From Leptolyngbyaceae cyanobacterium (GTDB lineage Bacteria; Cyanobacteriota; Cyanobacteriia; Phormidesmidales; Phormidesmidaceae): a stretch of DNA of 64,000 nucleotides. Location of the stretch: positions 1,792,001 through 1,856,000 of the forward strand of contig CBDHHL010000056.1 of NCBI GenBank assembly GCA_965263355.1, in the 5' to 3' direction. The notes under the pieces are model-generated. The model was given only the letters and a program-made list of their open reading frames with translations, was not told the origin of the DNA and did not search any database. Position 1 is the first letter of the stretch; every line of letters begins with the position of its first letter. Of this stretch, positions 44,417 to 54,394 are shown one piece after another. The translations under genes were made by a program, and so were the position numbers.

Positions 44417-44605
44417 ATGTTCGGTTTAGGTTGGCCAGAGGTAGGCATTATTGCCATTGTCGCCGTTTTAATTTTTGGACCTAAGAAGATTCCTGAGTTA
44501 GGCAGTGCCCTAGGCAAAACCCTACGGGGATTTAAAGAAGAAATGGATGCTGAAGCAGCTGACTTTGAAGATGCAGACTATGTAGAGGATCCGGAACAAA
44601 CATAA
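44417..44605 (+). CDS. tatA: Twin-arginine translocase subunit TatA/E
   Basis: MFGLGWPE..LIFGPKKIPELG..LGK.LRGFK. Confidence 0.95.
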   Translation: MFGLGWPEVGIIAIVAVLIFGPKKIPELGSALGKTLRGFKEEMDAEAADFEDADYVEDPEQT

Positions 44606-44689
44606 TTGTTCGGAGTCTATAAGTTTAGTAGGTACATGGTTGGAGCTACCTACTACTAGCAAGCGTCTAGTGAGCATATAGTAGGCATT

Positions 44690-44721
44690 CAGGGAGGTGG
44701 TAAACCACCTCCCTGTTTTTT
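44690..44721 (+). terminator. Intrinsic terminator after tatA
   Basis: CAGGGAGGTGG-taaa-CCACCTCCCTG-TTTTTT. Confidence 0.85.
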
Positions 44722-44726
44722 ACTTA

Positions 44727-44795
44727 AACCACCTCCCAGTTGCAACCTGTAGTTTCTTCGACGGCAAAACTACAATTCTGAACATGGACAAGGTT
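44727..44795 (+). mobile_element. MITE-like 69 bp element, copy D, flanked by TA, overlapping the purB stop
   Basis: TA|AACCACCTCCCAGTTGCAACCTGTAGTTTC...TTCTGAACATGGACAAGGTT|TA. Confidence 0.8.
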
Positions 44796-46090
44796 TAAAT
44801 CCCCAGACGCTGATAGACCTTATCTAAATTTCTGAGCTGATAATCCGGGTTAAATGCCGCTTTGATTTCATCAGCTGACAGCTTTTCGTTTACCTGAAAG
44901 TCTTGAGAAATCAAGGCATAGAAATCCCCTCCTTCAACATTCCAGGCCTCATGGGCACAGCGTTGCACAATGCGATAGGCATCTTCACGAGAAATGCCTT
45001 TCTCCACAAGGGAGAGCAGTACCCGTTGACTAAAGACCACACCACCGTACATGTTCATATTACGTTTCATATTTTCAGGGTAGACCTGCAGATTTTGCAC
45101 CAGCTTGGTAGTCTCCACGAGCATAAAGTGAATCAAAATACAGCTATCAGGAAAGATCACCCGCTCCACAGAGCTATGGGAAATATCTCGCTCATGCCAT
45201 AGGGCAACATTTTCCAAAGCAGCCAAGGCATTGGTCCGAATGATGCGGGCCAGACCGCTTAAACGTTCCGACTTAATCGGATTACGTTTGTGGGGCATGG
45301 CAGACGATCCCTTTTGACCCTTCGCAAAAAATTCTTCAACCTCTAGCACATCCGTACGCTGCAGATTACGGATTTCCACCGCAAAGCGTTCAATGGAGGC
45401 AGCTAAACCAGCCAAGGTGGTCATAAACTCAGCATGCACATCTCGAGAAATCACCTGAGTCGACGCCGTATCAGGTTTCAGTCCTAGCTTCTGACATGTC
45501 AAAGCTTCAATTTCAGGATCGATATTCGCATAGGTACCCACTGCACCTGAAATCTGCCCAACAGAAATTTCATCTTGGATACGACAAAGCCGCTCACGGT
45601 GACGTAGCACCTCCGCTAACCATCCTGCCAACTTAAATCCAAAGGTTATCGGCTCTGCATGGATACCGTGAGAACGGCCAATCATCACAGTATTACGATG
45701 GTCCTGAGCCTGATTACGAATAACCTGAATTAATTTTTCCACATGGGACAAAATCACCTTGTGGCTAGCAACAATCTGTAGAGATAATGCCGTATCCAAC
45801 ACATCAGAGCTAGTCATCCCCAAGTGGATATAGCGGCCTGCATCACCAACGTACTCATTAACATTAGTCAAAAATGCAATCACATCATGGCGAACTTCAG
45901 CCTCAATTTCTAAAATTCGGGCCACATCAAATTTAGCCTTGGCTTTGATTTCGTCCACCGCTGTTTGAGGAATTCGGCCCAATTCGGCTTGGGCTTCACA
46001 GACGGCGATCTCAACCTGTAGCCAGGTTTGGAATTTATACTCGTCGGTCCAAAGTTCGCCCATCTCGGGCAGGGTGTAACGTTCAATCAA
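44795..46090 (-). CDS. purB: Adenylosuccinate lyase
   Basis: RHDVIAF, GMTSSD, GRSHGIHAEP, GSSAMPHKRNP. Confidence 0.99.
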   Translation of the reverse strand: MIERYTLPEMGELWTDEYKFQTWLQVEIAVCEAQAELGRIPQTAVDEIKAKAKFDVARILEIEAEVRHDVIAFLTNVNEYVGDAGRYIHLGMTSSDVLDTALSLQIVASHKVILSHVEKLIQVIRNQAQDHRNTVMIGRSHGIHAEPITFGFKLAGWLAEVLRHRERLCRIQDEISVGQISGAVGTYANIDPEIEALTCQKLGLKPDTASTQVISRDVHAEFMTTLAGLAASIERFAVEIRNLQRTDVLEVEEFFAKGQKGSSAMPHKRNPIKSERLSGLARIIRTNALAALENVALWHERDISHSSVERVIFPDSCILIHFMLVETTKLVQNLQVYPENMKRNMNMYGGVVFSQRVLLSLVEKGISREDAYRIVQRCAHEAWNVEGGDFYALISQDFQVNEKLSADEIKAAFNPDYQLRNLDKVYQRLGI

Positions 46091-46303
46091 AACTAGTGTC
46101 GCAGACTACAACCGCTCTATTGTAAGGGTGTAGTAACCGGTTGCTAAGGCGAAATTAATAATAGTGAGGATTTGATTACACGCTGCTTCAAACTATAAAG
46201 CCACTGAAATGACTATGGGTCAATACAAACAAGTTAGTCTATCCGGAATGGAACAAAATAGCGGTGTATTTCAGGTTTCATTTACCCTACATAGTTGCTA
46301 TAC

Positions 46304-46963
46304 ATGCCCTCCAATCTCCTCACTTGGCTTATCCATGGGTTAGACGCGGCCCATGGCAACCTGTCCTTTATGGTTTGGAATAGCTTTTTAGCCCTCGTGC
46401 CCCTAGCGTTAAGTTTTTGGTTATTTCGAGGACGCGGTAGTCATGACCGACGATTTCCCTGGTGGATTGGGCTTATGATATTTATCGCCTTCCTCCCCAA
46501 TGCCCCCTATGTTTTGACTGATATTATTCACCTTGTAAATGATATCCGCAGTGGCCAGTCTGTATGGGCAATCGCCCTGATCCTAGTGCCCCAATATCTT
46601 CTATTCATTGGTTTTGGCATCCTGGCCTATACCATTTCGATTGTTAATCTAGGGCGCTATCTCAGTCGAGAAGGCAACGTTCGCTGGGTATGGCCTACTG
46701 AGTTAGGTCTGCATGGGCTAAGTGCCATCGGCATTTATCTGGGGCGTTTTTTACGTTTCAATAGCTGGGATTTACTCACTAAACCTGACACCATCGTCAG
46801 CGATACCCTATCGCTACTAGTCACAAAACAACCCCTCATCATTATGGTAGGGACATTTTTTATCATTGCAACTTTGCACTGGATCCTAAAGCAGATCACG
46901 TTGGCTTTGATCCTCTATTGGCGGACTCGTAATCTGCGGACAACTCAGAGATATTTGGCTTAG
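46304..46963 (+). CDS. DUF1361 membrane protein
   Basis: WNSFLA.VP, FLPNAPYVLTDIIHL, GIYLGRFLRFNSWD. Confidence 0.92.
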   Translation: MPSNLLTWLIHGLDAAHGNLSFMVWNSFLALVPLALSFWLFRGRGSHDRRFPWWIGLMIFIAFLPNAPYVLTDIIHLVNDIRSGQSVWAIALILVPQYLLFIGFGILAYTISIVNLGRYLSREGNVRWVWPTELGLHGLSAIGIYLGRFLRFNSWDLLTKPDTIVSDTLSLLVTKQPLIIMVGTFFIIATLHWILKQITLALILYWRTRNLRTTQRYLA

Positions 46964-47157
46964 AGATTTATCTGGGCAGCAAGAATTATCCTTGAATATC
47001 TGTTTGCATAGCTGAACAGCTCATTGCAGATCGCCAAGGAGAGTTTTGCTAACGGCGGCTTGCATAATATAAACAGATTCCCCCTAGGCACTTGGCATAA
47101 CAACTAGGGGGAATCCATTTATAACGTTGGACAAAAAGCTATTAATAATGAAGCTTT

Positions 47158-47355
47158 TTAATCGATCTCAATCGACTCAAAGGAACTTAGTACAGACCAA
47201 GATAGACGCGTTACAGCAGTGGCAAGTGCAATAATTAAAACCATAGTCAGGACTGCATAGGGCATGTGCAACCCAAACAAAACCATGCTAATAATGAGTA
47301 GGGCAAGCAGTGTAATGTCCAAAGCCTTGTCCTCAAAAATTACTGTCACCTTCAT
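47158..47355 (-). CDS. Small two-TM hypothetical protein
   Basis: 65 aa hydrophobic ORF followed by a hairpin (about 47078-47113). Confidence 0.55.
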   Translation of the reverse strand: MKVTVIFEDKALDITLLALLIISMVLFGLHMPYAVLTMVLIIALATAVTRLSWSVLSSFESIEID

Positions 47356-47463
47356 AGTAGATATTTCGCCAAGAGAGTATTAATCTAGGCAAAAAACTTA
47401 TCAATGGTTCACGTTTATGTAAACTCAAGCATTCGAAAGAGCAGCCGTGGCAACAGGGCTTCA

Positions 47464-48918
47464 TTATATCCGTAATGCTTGAGCAACAAGGTATATACCC
47501 TCTGCTATCTGAGCTTCATTGATAGCCGTATAACCAAATACAAACTCTCCTGTATTACAGGGCACTTCATATTGAAGCTGGGCGCTACACATTTCTACAC
47601 CAACATTGGCTGCCTTGGCGATGACCTCATCATCACTGAAGCCAATGGGCAGCTTAGTCATCACATGCAATCCTGCACTATCTCCAAAAATCTTTACATC
47701 TTTACCAAAATGTTTATATAGAGCCTGCACCAAAATATTACGACGGCTTTCATAGCACAGAAGCATTTTACGAATATGACGTTCTAAATGACCGGCTGTA
47801 ATAAACTCTGCCAGGGCATATTGAGTCAGAGTGGGTGGTTGTCGATCGGCTAACCACTTTGCTTTACCAAAGACCTCCACTAGAGAATTAGGTACGACCA
47901 AGTAACCCAGGCGAATGCTGGGAAACATCACCTTAGAAAAGGTACCGACATACAGTACAGACCCATGACTATCCAGACCTTGCAGTGATGGAATAGGCCG
48001 TCCTCCATAGCGGTATTCACTATCATAATCGTCTTCGACAATAAGTGCCCCAGTTTTCCACGCCCATTGCAACAAAGCCAGTCTTCGCGGTAGGGAAAGT
48101 AATGCTCCTGTCGGAAACTGATGCGACGGGGTCACGTAGACTAGTCTTATTGTGTCGTCATATTCCACTAACCTATCAACAATCAGCCCATCACGATCTA
48201 GCCGCATCGGCAACAGTTTTGCACCACTCGATTTAAAGATATTTCGCGCTCCGCGATAGCCAGGTTCTTCAATCGCGACACTATCGTCAGGGTTCACCAG
48301 TAACTGAGTAATTAAGCTCAGTGCCTGCTGACTACCATTAGTAATAATTACCTGGTCAGGTGTACAGCGCACCGCTCGTGAATGCTGGAGATGATGGGAG
48401 ACAGCTTGTCGTAAGGGCCAGTAGCCAAAAGATTCGTCAGCATAGTTAAGCCACTGAGTCGTTGCCCGACAATGTTTTGACAACAGTTTTCGCCATAGCT
48501 CTACTGGAAACAAGTCCAAAGCAGGGTGTCCATAGCGAAAGCTAATGTCATAAGACTCTCTAAACGTTGTTAGCGATGCTTGGTTTACACGCTGACCATA
48601 GGCAGACAAGGGGATATTAACAACCGTCTCAGAGGATTGCTCCACGGGGTCAGCTGCTAACAACAGTTCTGGCAACTGAGAACAGACATAGGTACCGGCC
48701 CCTGGGCGGGTTTGTAAGTACCCTTCACTAATTAGCTGATCATAGCCTTGGGTCACGGTGGTCCGCGATAGCCCAAAGGATTTTGCCAACGTGCGTGAAG
48801 GGGGTAAGCGTTGACCCGATGCTAACCGTCCTGACAGAATGGCCGAACGGATTTGGCTGTATATCTGTTGGTGTAACGGTTCTGGCAAGGCAGAATCAAT
48901 CACTAATGCTAGTTCCAT
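47464..48918 (-). CDS. MocR/GabR-family GntR regulator (wHTH plus PLP aminotransferase domain)
   Basis: RLPPSR.LA...GLSR.TV..Y.QL..EGY, YVTPSHQFPTG, EDDYDSEY, GTFSKV. Confidence 0.95.
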   Translation of the reverse strand: MELALVIDSALPEPLHQQIYSQIRSAILSGRLASGQRLPPSRTLAKSFGLSRTTVTQGYDQLISEGYLQTRPGAGTYVCSQLPELLLAADPVEQSSETVVNIPLSAYGQRVNQASLTTFRESYDISFRYGHPALDLFPVELWRKLLSKHCRATTQWLNYADESFGYWPLRQAVSHHLQHSRAVRCTPDQVIITNGSQQALSLITQLLVNPDDSVAIEEPGYRGARNIFKSSGAKLLPMRLDRDGLIVDRLVEYDDTIRLVYVTPSHQFPTGALLSLPRRLALLQWAWKTGALIVEDDYDSEYRYGGRPIPSLQGLDSHGSVLYVGTFSKVMFPSIRLGYLVVPNSLVEVFGKAKWLADRQPPTLTQYALAEFITAGHLERHIRKMLLCYESRRNILVQALYKHFGKDVKIFGDSAGLHVMTKLPIGFSDDEVIAKAANVGVEMCSAQLQYEVPCNTGEFVFGYTAINEAQIAEGIYLVAQALRI

Positions 48919-48944
48919 GGGGGCTTACCAAAGGACGGCATTAA

Positions 48945-48995
48945 AAATTGGACTTATTACTTGATTATAAATTGGCTCTAGACGATGGCCAATTT
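48945..48995. promoter_or_regulatory. Putative MocR operator (two direct and one inverted heptamer)
   Basis: AAATTGG at 48945 and 48969, CCAATTT at 48989, in the divergent promoter. Confidence 0.6.
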
Positions 48996-49109
48996 GTATA
49001 GATAACTTAGCAACATGCTCTCCACCTCACTTACAGCCTCCCTCCCAAGAGAGGATTAGGGGAGATTTTTAGCAAATTTGATGAGTTGTTTTTTGAAGGA
49101 GATAACGCT

Positions 49110-49775
49110 ATGAAGACAGAACGGACCCAGGTGAAGCGTGTGCCTAAGCGGGGGCACTATGACCTGGAAACGGTGTATTCGATTTTAGATAAGGGACTAA
49201 TCTGCCATGTAGGGTTTGCAATGGATGGGCAGCCGTTTGTGATTCCGACAGCCTATGGTCGGTTGGATAATCAGTTGTTTATCCATGGATCACCGGCTAG
49301 TCGCATGCTGAAGTCATTACAGCAGGGAATTGAGGTCTGTGTGACGGTGACGTTGTTGGATGGGTTAGTGTTAGCGCGGTCAGCGATGCACCATTCGATG
49401 AATTATCGCTCTGTAGTGTTGTTTGGGACGGCGGCATTGGTGAGTGAACGTGAGGAGAAAATGCGAGCGCTATATGCGTTTACGGAGCACGTGATGCCGG
49501 GGCGGTGGACTGAGACGCGGGAGCCGAATGAGCAGGAATTAACGGCGACAACTGTGTTGACGTTGCCGATTGATGAAGCGTCGGCAAAGATTCGGACGGG
49601 ACCGCCAGTTGATGATACGGCGGATTATGGTTTGCCCTATTGGGCTGGAGTGATTCCATTGGGTTTACAGGCAGGGAAACCGATTGTGGATCCGAAGCTG
49701 ACGGCAGGGATTGCAGTGCCAGAGCATGTGGAGCAGTATTTGGAGCGGCAGAGGGAGGTTGTTGGGGTAGTGTGA
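49110..49775 (+). CDS. Pyridoxamine 5'-phosphate oxidase-like flavin-binding protein
   Basis: CHVGF..DGQPFVIPT, HGS.ASRM, DGLVLARS..HHSMNYRS, SAKIRTGPP; GGAG before ATG 49110. Confidence 0.92.
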   Translation: MKTERTQVKRVPKRGHYDLETVYSILDKGLICHVGFAMDGQPFVIPTAYGRLDNQLFIHGSPASRMLKSLQQGIEVCVTVTLLDGLVLARSAMHHSMNYRSVVLFGTAALVSEREEKMRALYAFTEHVMPGRWTETREPNEQELTATTVLTLPIDEASAKIRTGPPVDDTADYGLPYWAGVIPLGLQAGKPIVDPKLTAGIAVPEHVEQYLERQREVVGVV

Positions 49776-49814
49776 CTGGGAACTGCGAAAGATTTTGTTG
49801 TAGTGACAGGATTA

Positions 49815-49858
49815 GCCCTCATTCTAAATCCTTCTTCTCCCTCGGGGAGAAGGACTTT
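49815..49858. repeat. REP-like palindrome between convergent genes
   Basis: ccctcattCTAAATCC..CTTCTCCC-tcg-GGGAGAAG-GACTTT. Confidence 0.7.
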
Positions 49859-49869
49859 AAGGGTTGTTT

Positions 49870-51036
49870 TTAGGTAAATGGGGGGACAGTTAGGCCTTTG
49901 AGTGCACTATTAGTGTCTATACCTTTGCTCTGGACTAAAACACCAAACGTTCCTAATCCCATGGGGGTCATGTCCATGAGTTGATGGAGGGACTGACGGC
50001 GTTGGATAAGTTGGTTGAAAGCGTCGGGACCGGGGAAGATGGTTTGGTTGAGTTTGCCGATGCGATCGCCAAGTCCCAAAGCCATGAGGAATAGGCCTTG
50101 CTGAGTAAAGCCAAGAGTGGTGAGTCCTTTTTTTTCACCGTGGCGTTGTAAGGCTGTGAAGTCTACGTGGGCGGTGAGGTCTTGTTGACCGATGTTGGTG
50201 TAAGGGTTGTCATGGTGGCGGTGCTGATAGTAGCACTTGAGGGTACCCTTGTGGCGGGCAGGGCTGTAGTAGCGTTGGGCAGTGTGGCCATAGTCAATGG
50301 TGAGGAGAAAGCCTCGGTCGATGCGGCTGGCAACGGTGTCAAGCCAGTCGAGGGCAGCGAGGTTAACTTCGGTACGGTAGCCGTTGGGGTAAGCATCGGT
50401 GAGGAGATCGATACCGACTAGAGCGAAGTATTGGGTAAGTTTGTCGGTAGAGAAGGGACCGAGGGTTTCTTGTAGGGTGCTGTCTTGGGTGGTGACGTAG
50501 ACTTCTTGGAGTTGGTTGTCGTGCTTTTCAATGATGTGAACTGGGAAGGCATCGACAAGTTCGTTGGAAAAAAAGCAACCGGTAATGGGTTGCAGCTCAT
50601 CAAGGGTGGTCCAGCTAACTTTTTCGTGGGTTAAGCGCTCCTGCTGCAGTGCTCGAAATGCAGGAGATTTTTCGATAATGATGTAGTTGAGGGCAGCGTA
50701 GCAGTCAGAATGATGCTGTTGCAGATAGGTAAGTACGTCTGCAGCAATAAGCCCCTGACCTGCACCCATTTCGACTAGGTGGAATGGGGTAGGTTCACCA
50801 AGGGCATGCCACATGTCAGCGAACTGGACAGCTAGGAGCTCGCCAAAATCATGGCCAAGGTAAGGGGAAGTAATAAAGTCACCGTCAGGCCCCAAGATTG
50901 ATGATTTAGTCGCATAGTAGCCACAATCAGGTTGGTAGAGAGATAAATCCATATAGACCGCAAAGGGAATCCGCTGATGTGGTGCGGTGTGGATATGGTC
51001 AAGGATAATCGTAATAAGATCGACGAGGTTAGGCAT
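49870..51036 (-). CDS. SAM-dependent methyltransferase, MidA/NDUFAF7 family
   Basis: GYY..GDFITSP, VEMGAGQG, SNELVDAFP, IDYG, G.QDLTAHVDF. Confidence 0.93.
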   Translation of the reverse strand: MPNLVDLITIILDHIHTAPHQRIPFAVYMDLSLYQPDCGYYATKSSILGPDGDFITSPYLGHDFGELLAVQFADMWHALGEPTPFHLVEMGAGQGLIAADVLTYLQQHHSDCYAALNYIIIEKSPAFRALQQERLTHEKVSWTTLDELQPITGCFFSNELVDAFPVHIIEKHDNQLQEVYVTTQDSTLQETLGPFSTDKLTQYFALVGIDLLTDAYPNGYRTEVNLAALDWLDTVASRIDRGFLLTIDYGHTAQRYYSPARHKGTLKCYYQHRHHDNPYTNIGQQDLTAHVDFTALQRHGEKKGLTTLGFTQQGLFLMALGLGDRIGKLNQTIFPGPDAFNQLIQRRQSLHQLMDMTPMGLGTFGVLVQSKGIDTNSALKGLTVPPFT

Positions 51037-51049
51037 AGATAGACATGGC

Positions 51050-51262
51050 TTAGTCTTGATCATTGTCCTTGCTTGAATGACGAGTGGGCAAGTTAGGCAT
51101 GATGGTATCAGTAAGGCCGTATACGATGAGGGCTCTTTCTAAAATGCTGTTTTGCTGCTCAGTTAATGCGAGCTGGCAGGCTAGATGGACAGCTGTGATA
51201 CCGCAGGTGATTTTTAGAACCAGACAGGCTGTAAAGGAAGTCTTGGCCAATAGATTTTTCAT
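51050..51262 (-). CDS. Small hypothetical protein (uncertain, possibly degenerate)
   Basis: 70 aa from ATG 51262 with a hydrophobic N-half; no recognised motif. Confidence 0.3.
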   Translation of the reverse strand: MKNLLAKTSFTACLVLKITCGITAVHLACQLALTEQQNSILERALIVYGLTDTIMPNLPTRHSSKDNDQD

Positions 51263-51480
51263 GGAGCTAAATCCTTGCGAAACATTCATGTTTCTAGGAT
51301 GTCAAGGGGGTTTTGGAGTTTACTCCATAAGTAAGGCTGACTTAGCCTTACTTAGCCTTACTTATGTTTGAATGTGGGCTAATGCTTGAATAGATGGGTT
51401 AGGCTGGTATTCCTGTGATTTTGACCTTGGATCTGATGGAACCGTTACCCCACATTTATGCTAGAAAAAGGGGAAAAGCC

Positions 51481-51729
51481 TTGCTGGGTAGTCTATTGAG
51501 TACATTGCTTGCCTAACTCCCTGAAACGCCGATTGAGCCTCGCAATATTGGTCATGACTGGCAGTTTACAGATGAGCAAGAAGAAAAACTACAAATATAC
51601 TACAACACCAACAAACTCTTAGTCGATTGCCTCAAAAGTGATTGTTACATTACTAAAGCTACTCGCCAAGAGATTGAAGACAGTCTATTGTTACCCATTA
51701 GCAAAATTCAAAATTGGCAAGCTGTTTGA
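51481..51729 (+). pseudogene. Relic of the C-terminal helical domain of a cyanobacterial NACHT NTPase
   Basis: LLA*LPE..IEPRNIGHDWQFTDEQ..LQIYYNTNKLLVDCLKSDCYIT...RQEIEDSLLLP; in-frame stop, no start codon. Confidence 0.8.
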
Positions 51730-51887
51730 CAGTTGATTGTTCTTACTCAAACGTCATTGCACGAAGTTCTGATTACCTGTCCCCGATATTGCTAGCCGAC
51801 CGCAAGGAGTTGTCTCTACAGAACTATTTATCTTAATCAAGCCTACTGAATTTGGCTTTGCTATAACAATTCTAGGCTTAAACACCC

Positions 51888-53051
51888 TTAACTCTCCTCA
51901 CCTTCCACATTAGCCATAATCGGATCAACCGGTTTCGCCATAAAGTCCGTCGCCCCTACCGCCTTAGCCCGCATTCGATCTACGATGCCATCATTCCCCG
52001 TCAAAATAACAACGGGTGTTTTCCGTAACGCCTTTACCCGACGAACCTGCTTACAAATCTCATACCCATTCGCCACCGGCATCACCAAATCTAAAAAAAT
52101 CACATCCGGCTTATGGCGAATAATCTGCCCCAGCGCCTGAACAGAATCCTGAATACTAATACAGCGATACCCCGCTGGACGTAACGCCTCCTCCATCAGA
52201 TATCCCACCTGAGGACTATCATCCACACAAATAATCAACGGCAGTTCCTTCGCAACCTGCTGCGGTACCCTCTGGGTGATAGCAGCATAGGGACTCGGCA
52301 AATCCTCAATCGGATTTAGCACCACCATCCCCCGCTCCACATAGGTCGATATCATGCTGCCCAACGACGACATCTCGTGCCCCGTAATCTGACTCAACTC
52401 CCGTAATGACCGAGTACCCTTCAGCAAGCGCTGCAAAATCTGATAAGTGCGCGGTTGCGTACACTGCTTCAACCGTGCTGTATCTATAATTACCGGAGCC
52501 AAATTTGGTGACGCATCATTCAGTTCTGCATTTTGCCAAGACTGTAAATCCGTCCGCACCTTATAAAACAAGGCGGTACTACTGACAAGCGCTAACGGTT
52601 TACTTAATCGGGCCTGACGATCCGTACTATGGGCGATCTGGGTAATGTTACCCGCCGACTGACAAATATCAAACAGAACCTCTGAAAGAGTAGCCTGGAT
52701 AATTGCGATCGCAACCTCCCGCGTCATCTGCTGACGTCGTATCAATACCGATAGGGCCACATATTCCCAATGATCAAATATCTCTGGTTCCCGTAGCCGC
52801 ACCTCACTCGGATTCAAAGCTGGGCAATTAGCCTGCAGTAATCGTTGCCATCGCCGAAACCGATGTTGGCCACCACCAGCCCATAGCAACCGCCCTACCC
52901 GAAAATCAAGCCACCACAGTTCTCCCGTAATTGTTTTTAAGTGAATATAACCATTAGTTTGAGTCTGAATAATTGCCTTGATGGTTTTAATCAGTGTAGC
53001 CACCGATAACCCATGTTCTAATGGCAACATATGAAGTACAGACTCAGTCAT
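51888..53051 (-). CDS. PatA-family response regulator (PATAN-like plus receiver)
   Basis: G.LLWA.GG.H.FRRW, EVLFD, SPNLAP; receiver CVDDS, FLDLVMP, LT, KP. Confidence 0.9.
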   Translation of the reverse strand: MTESVLHMLPLEHGLSVATLIKTIKAIIQTQTNGYIHLKTITGELWWLDFRVGRLLWAGGGQHRFRRWQRLLQANCPALNPSEVRLREPEIFDHWEYVALSVLIRRQQMTREVAIAIIQATLSEVLFDICQSAGNITQIAHSTDRQARLSKPLALVSSTALFYKVRTDLQSWQNAELNDASPNLAPVIIDTARLKQCTQPRTYQILQRLLKGTRSLRELSQITGHEMSSLGSMISTYVERGMVVLNPIEDLPSPYAAITQRVPQQVAKELPLIICVDDSPQVGYLMEEALRPAGYRCISIQDSVQALGQIIRHKPDVIFLDLVMPVANGYEICKQVRRVKALRKTPVVILTGNDGIVDRMRAKAVGATDFMAKPVDPIMANVEGEES

Positions 53052-53899
53052 TTTTTCAATTGCAAGGCTATGGTTTAGTTAACAAAAACTACGAAAAATA
53101 CCCAATATGTCACCATAGCTCTTGGCTACTAACCATCAGTCAAGAGCTGGAAAATAAGGATATTTGTACGCTCCATTGCCGTTCTCCACATAGCGTGTAG
53201 AAATACCCTTTTCCAACGGAACGCTATACGCTACTTCACACTGTTTAGTTAGACAAGTTGGCCTCAACCAAACAAGACATCAACAACACAGAACCATTGA
53301 TATCCCTCTTAAGTTTCCCGAACCCTCAGAAACTATAACGGCTTCCCTGCAAAAGTACTGGAACCCTTTGAAGCGAAAAGCCATAGACTCAAATCTATTA
53401 ACCTTTCCTAAAAATTAGATATTGAGCAATAAACAATAAAAAGAAGCATAAAAAAATCGCACTACAGCCAATTAAGTTGACCACTCTTGGGCCTGGACTT
53501 CACTTAAAGAAACTGCTCTAACGCATAAAGCTAAGAAATATAATGCTAGAAGATCACCCTTAAAAAACTATTGACTGAGCATGGGCATTAGGAAAAACGT
53601 ATAAATTCCCAGCAAGAATTAGTAGGCGCATCTACCGGTATTGACAGGGTAAGACCCTCTTCACTTATTATGAAATAGAACTATCTTCTAGAAAATGGTA
53701 GGATTTGAAATGATTTATTTTCATTACCCTATAAAAATTAAATCATTTTCATTGATAGCTATTCTTTACCTCAGGCTTTTTCCAAGGAAGAAATTCCTCT
53801 CATAAGCATTGAGAAAATCCTATAGTTCTAATATTTTTTGCTCTGATTTATCTACCATGACTGTTTAACCATACAGCTGCTTTTGAAGCTCTAGGCATA

Positions 53900-54394
53900 A
53901 TGGATATTCAAGAACGTATCATCCGCCAACGAGTAATGCATATTGTTGATAGCTATCGGCTAGATGGTGATGATACTGATGCGTTTGCAGACAGTTTGAA
54001 CAAACTACTAGAAACCTATCCTCAATCATTAATAGAGCTTGCTCTGACAGAATCTATTGTAAAAGGCTGGTCAGAGGTCCCTATGCCAAGAGGTTTGCCA
54101 TTTATTCATGACGTCCATGAGCGCCTGCGTTCCTGGCAACCCGATACAGAAACATCATCCCAGCGTCCTAATTTATTTAAGTCTTCAACGCATCCAAAAG
54201 TACTGGGAGCAATGTCTTTGAACATAAGAGCAGCTAACCCTAGTCCAATAGACCCTGCATCCATAGATACCCTCTTGACACCTGGACAGTTTGAACAAAT
54301 TACAGGCTTGGATGCAAGTTTAGTGTTTGATGAACATGGCAAGGTGTTGATAAATCGTCCAATGGGGAAGATAAAACCGCTCGAGCAACGGTAG
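53900..54394 (+). CDS. Conserved cyanobacterial hypothetical protein
   Basis: HIVDSYRLDG, YP..LIELAL.E, P.PRG..F, TP.QF.QITGLD. Confidence 0.75.
   Translation: MDIQERIIRQRVMHIVDSYRLDGDDTDAFADSLNKLLETYPQSLIELALTESIVKGWSEVPMPRGLPFIHDVHERLRSWQPDTETSSQRPNLFKSSTHPKVLGAMSLNIRAANPSPIDPASIDTLLTPGQFEQITGLDASLVFDEHGKVLINRPMGKIKPLEQR

Noticed and set aside
54300..54394. 95 bp convergent overlap of comF and a hypothetical gene
   Set aside because: Involves only tails beyond the conserved motifs; probably stop-codon drift
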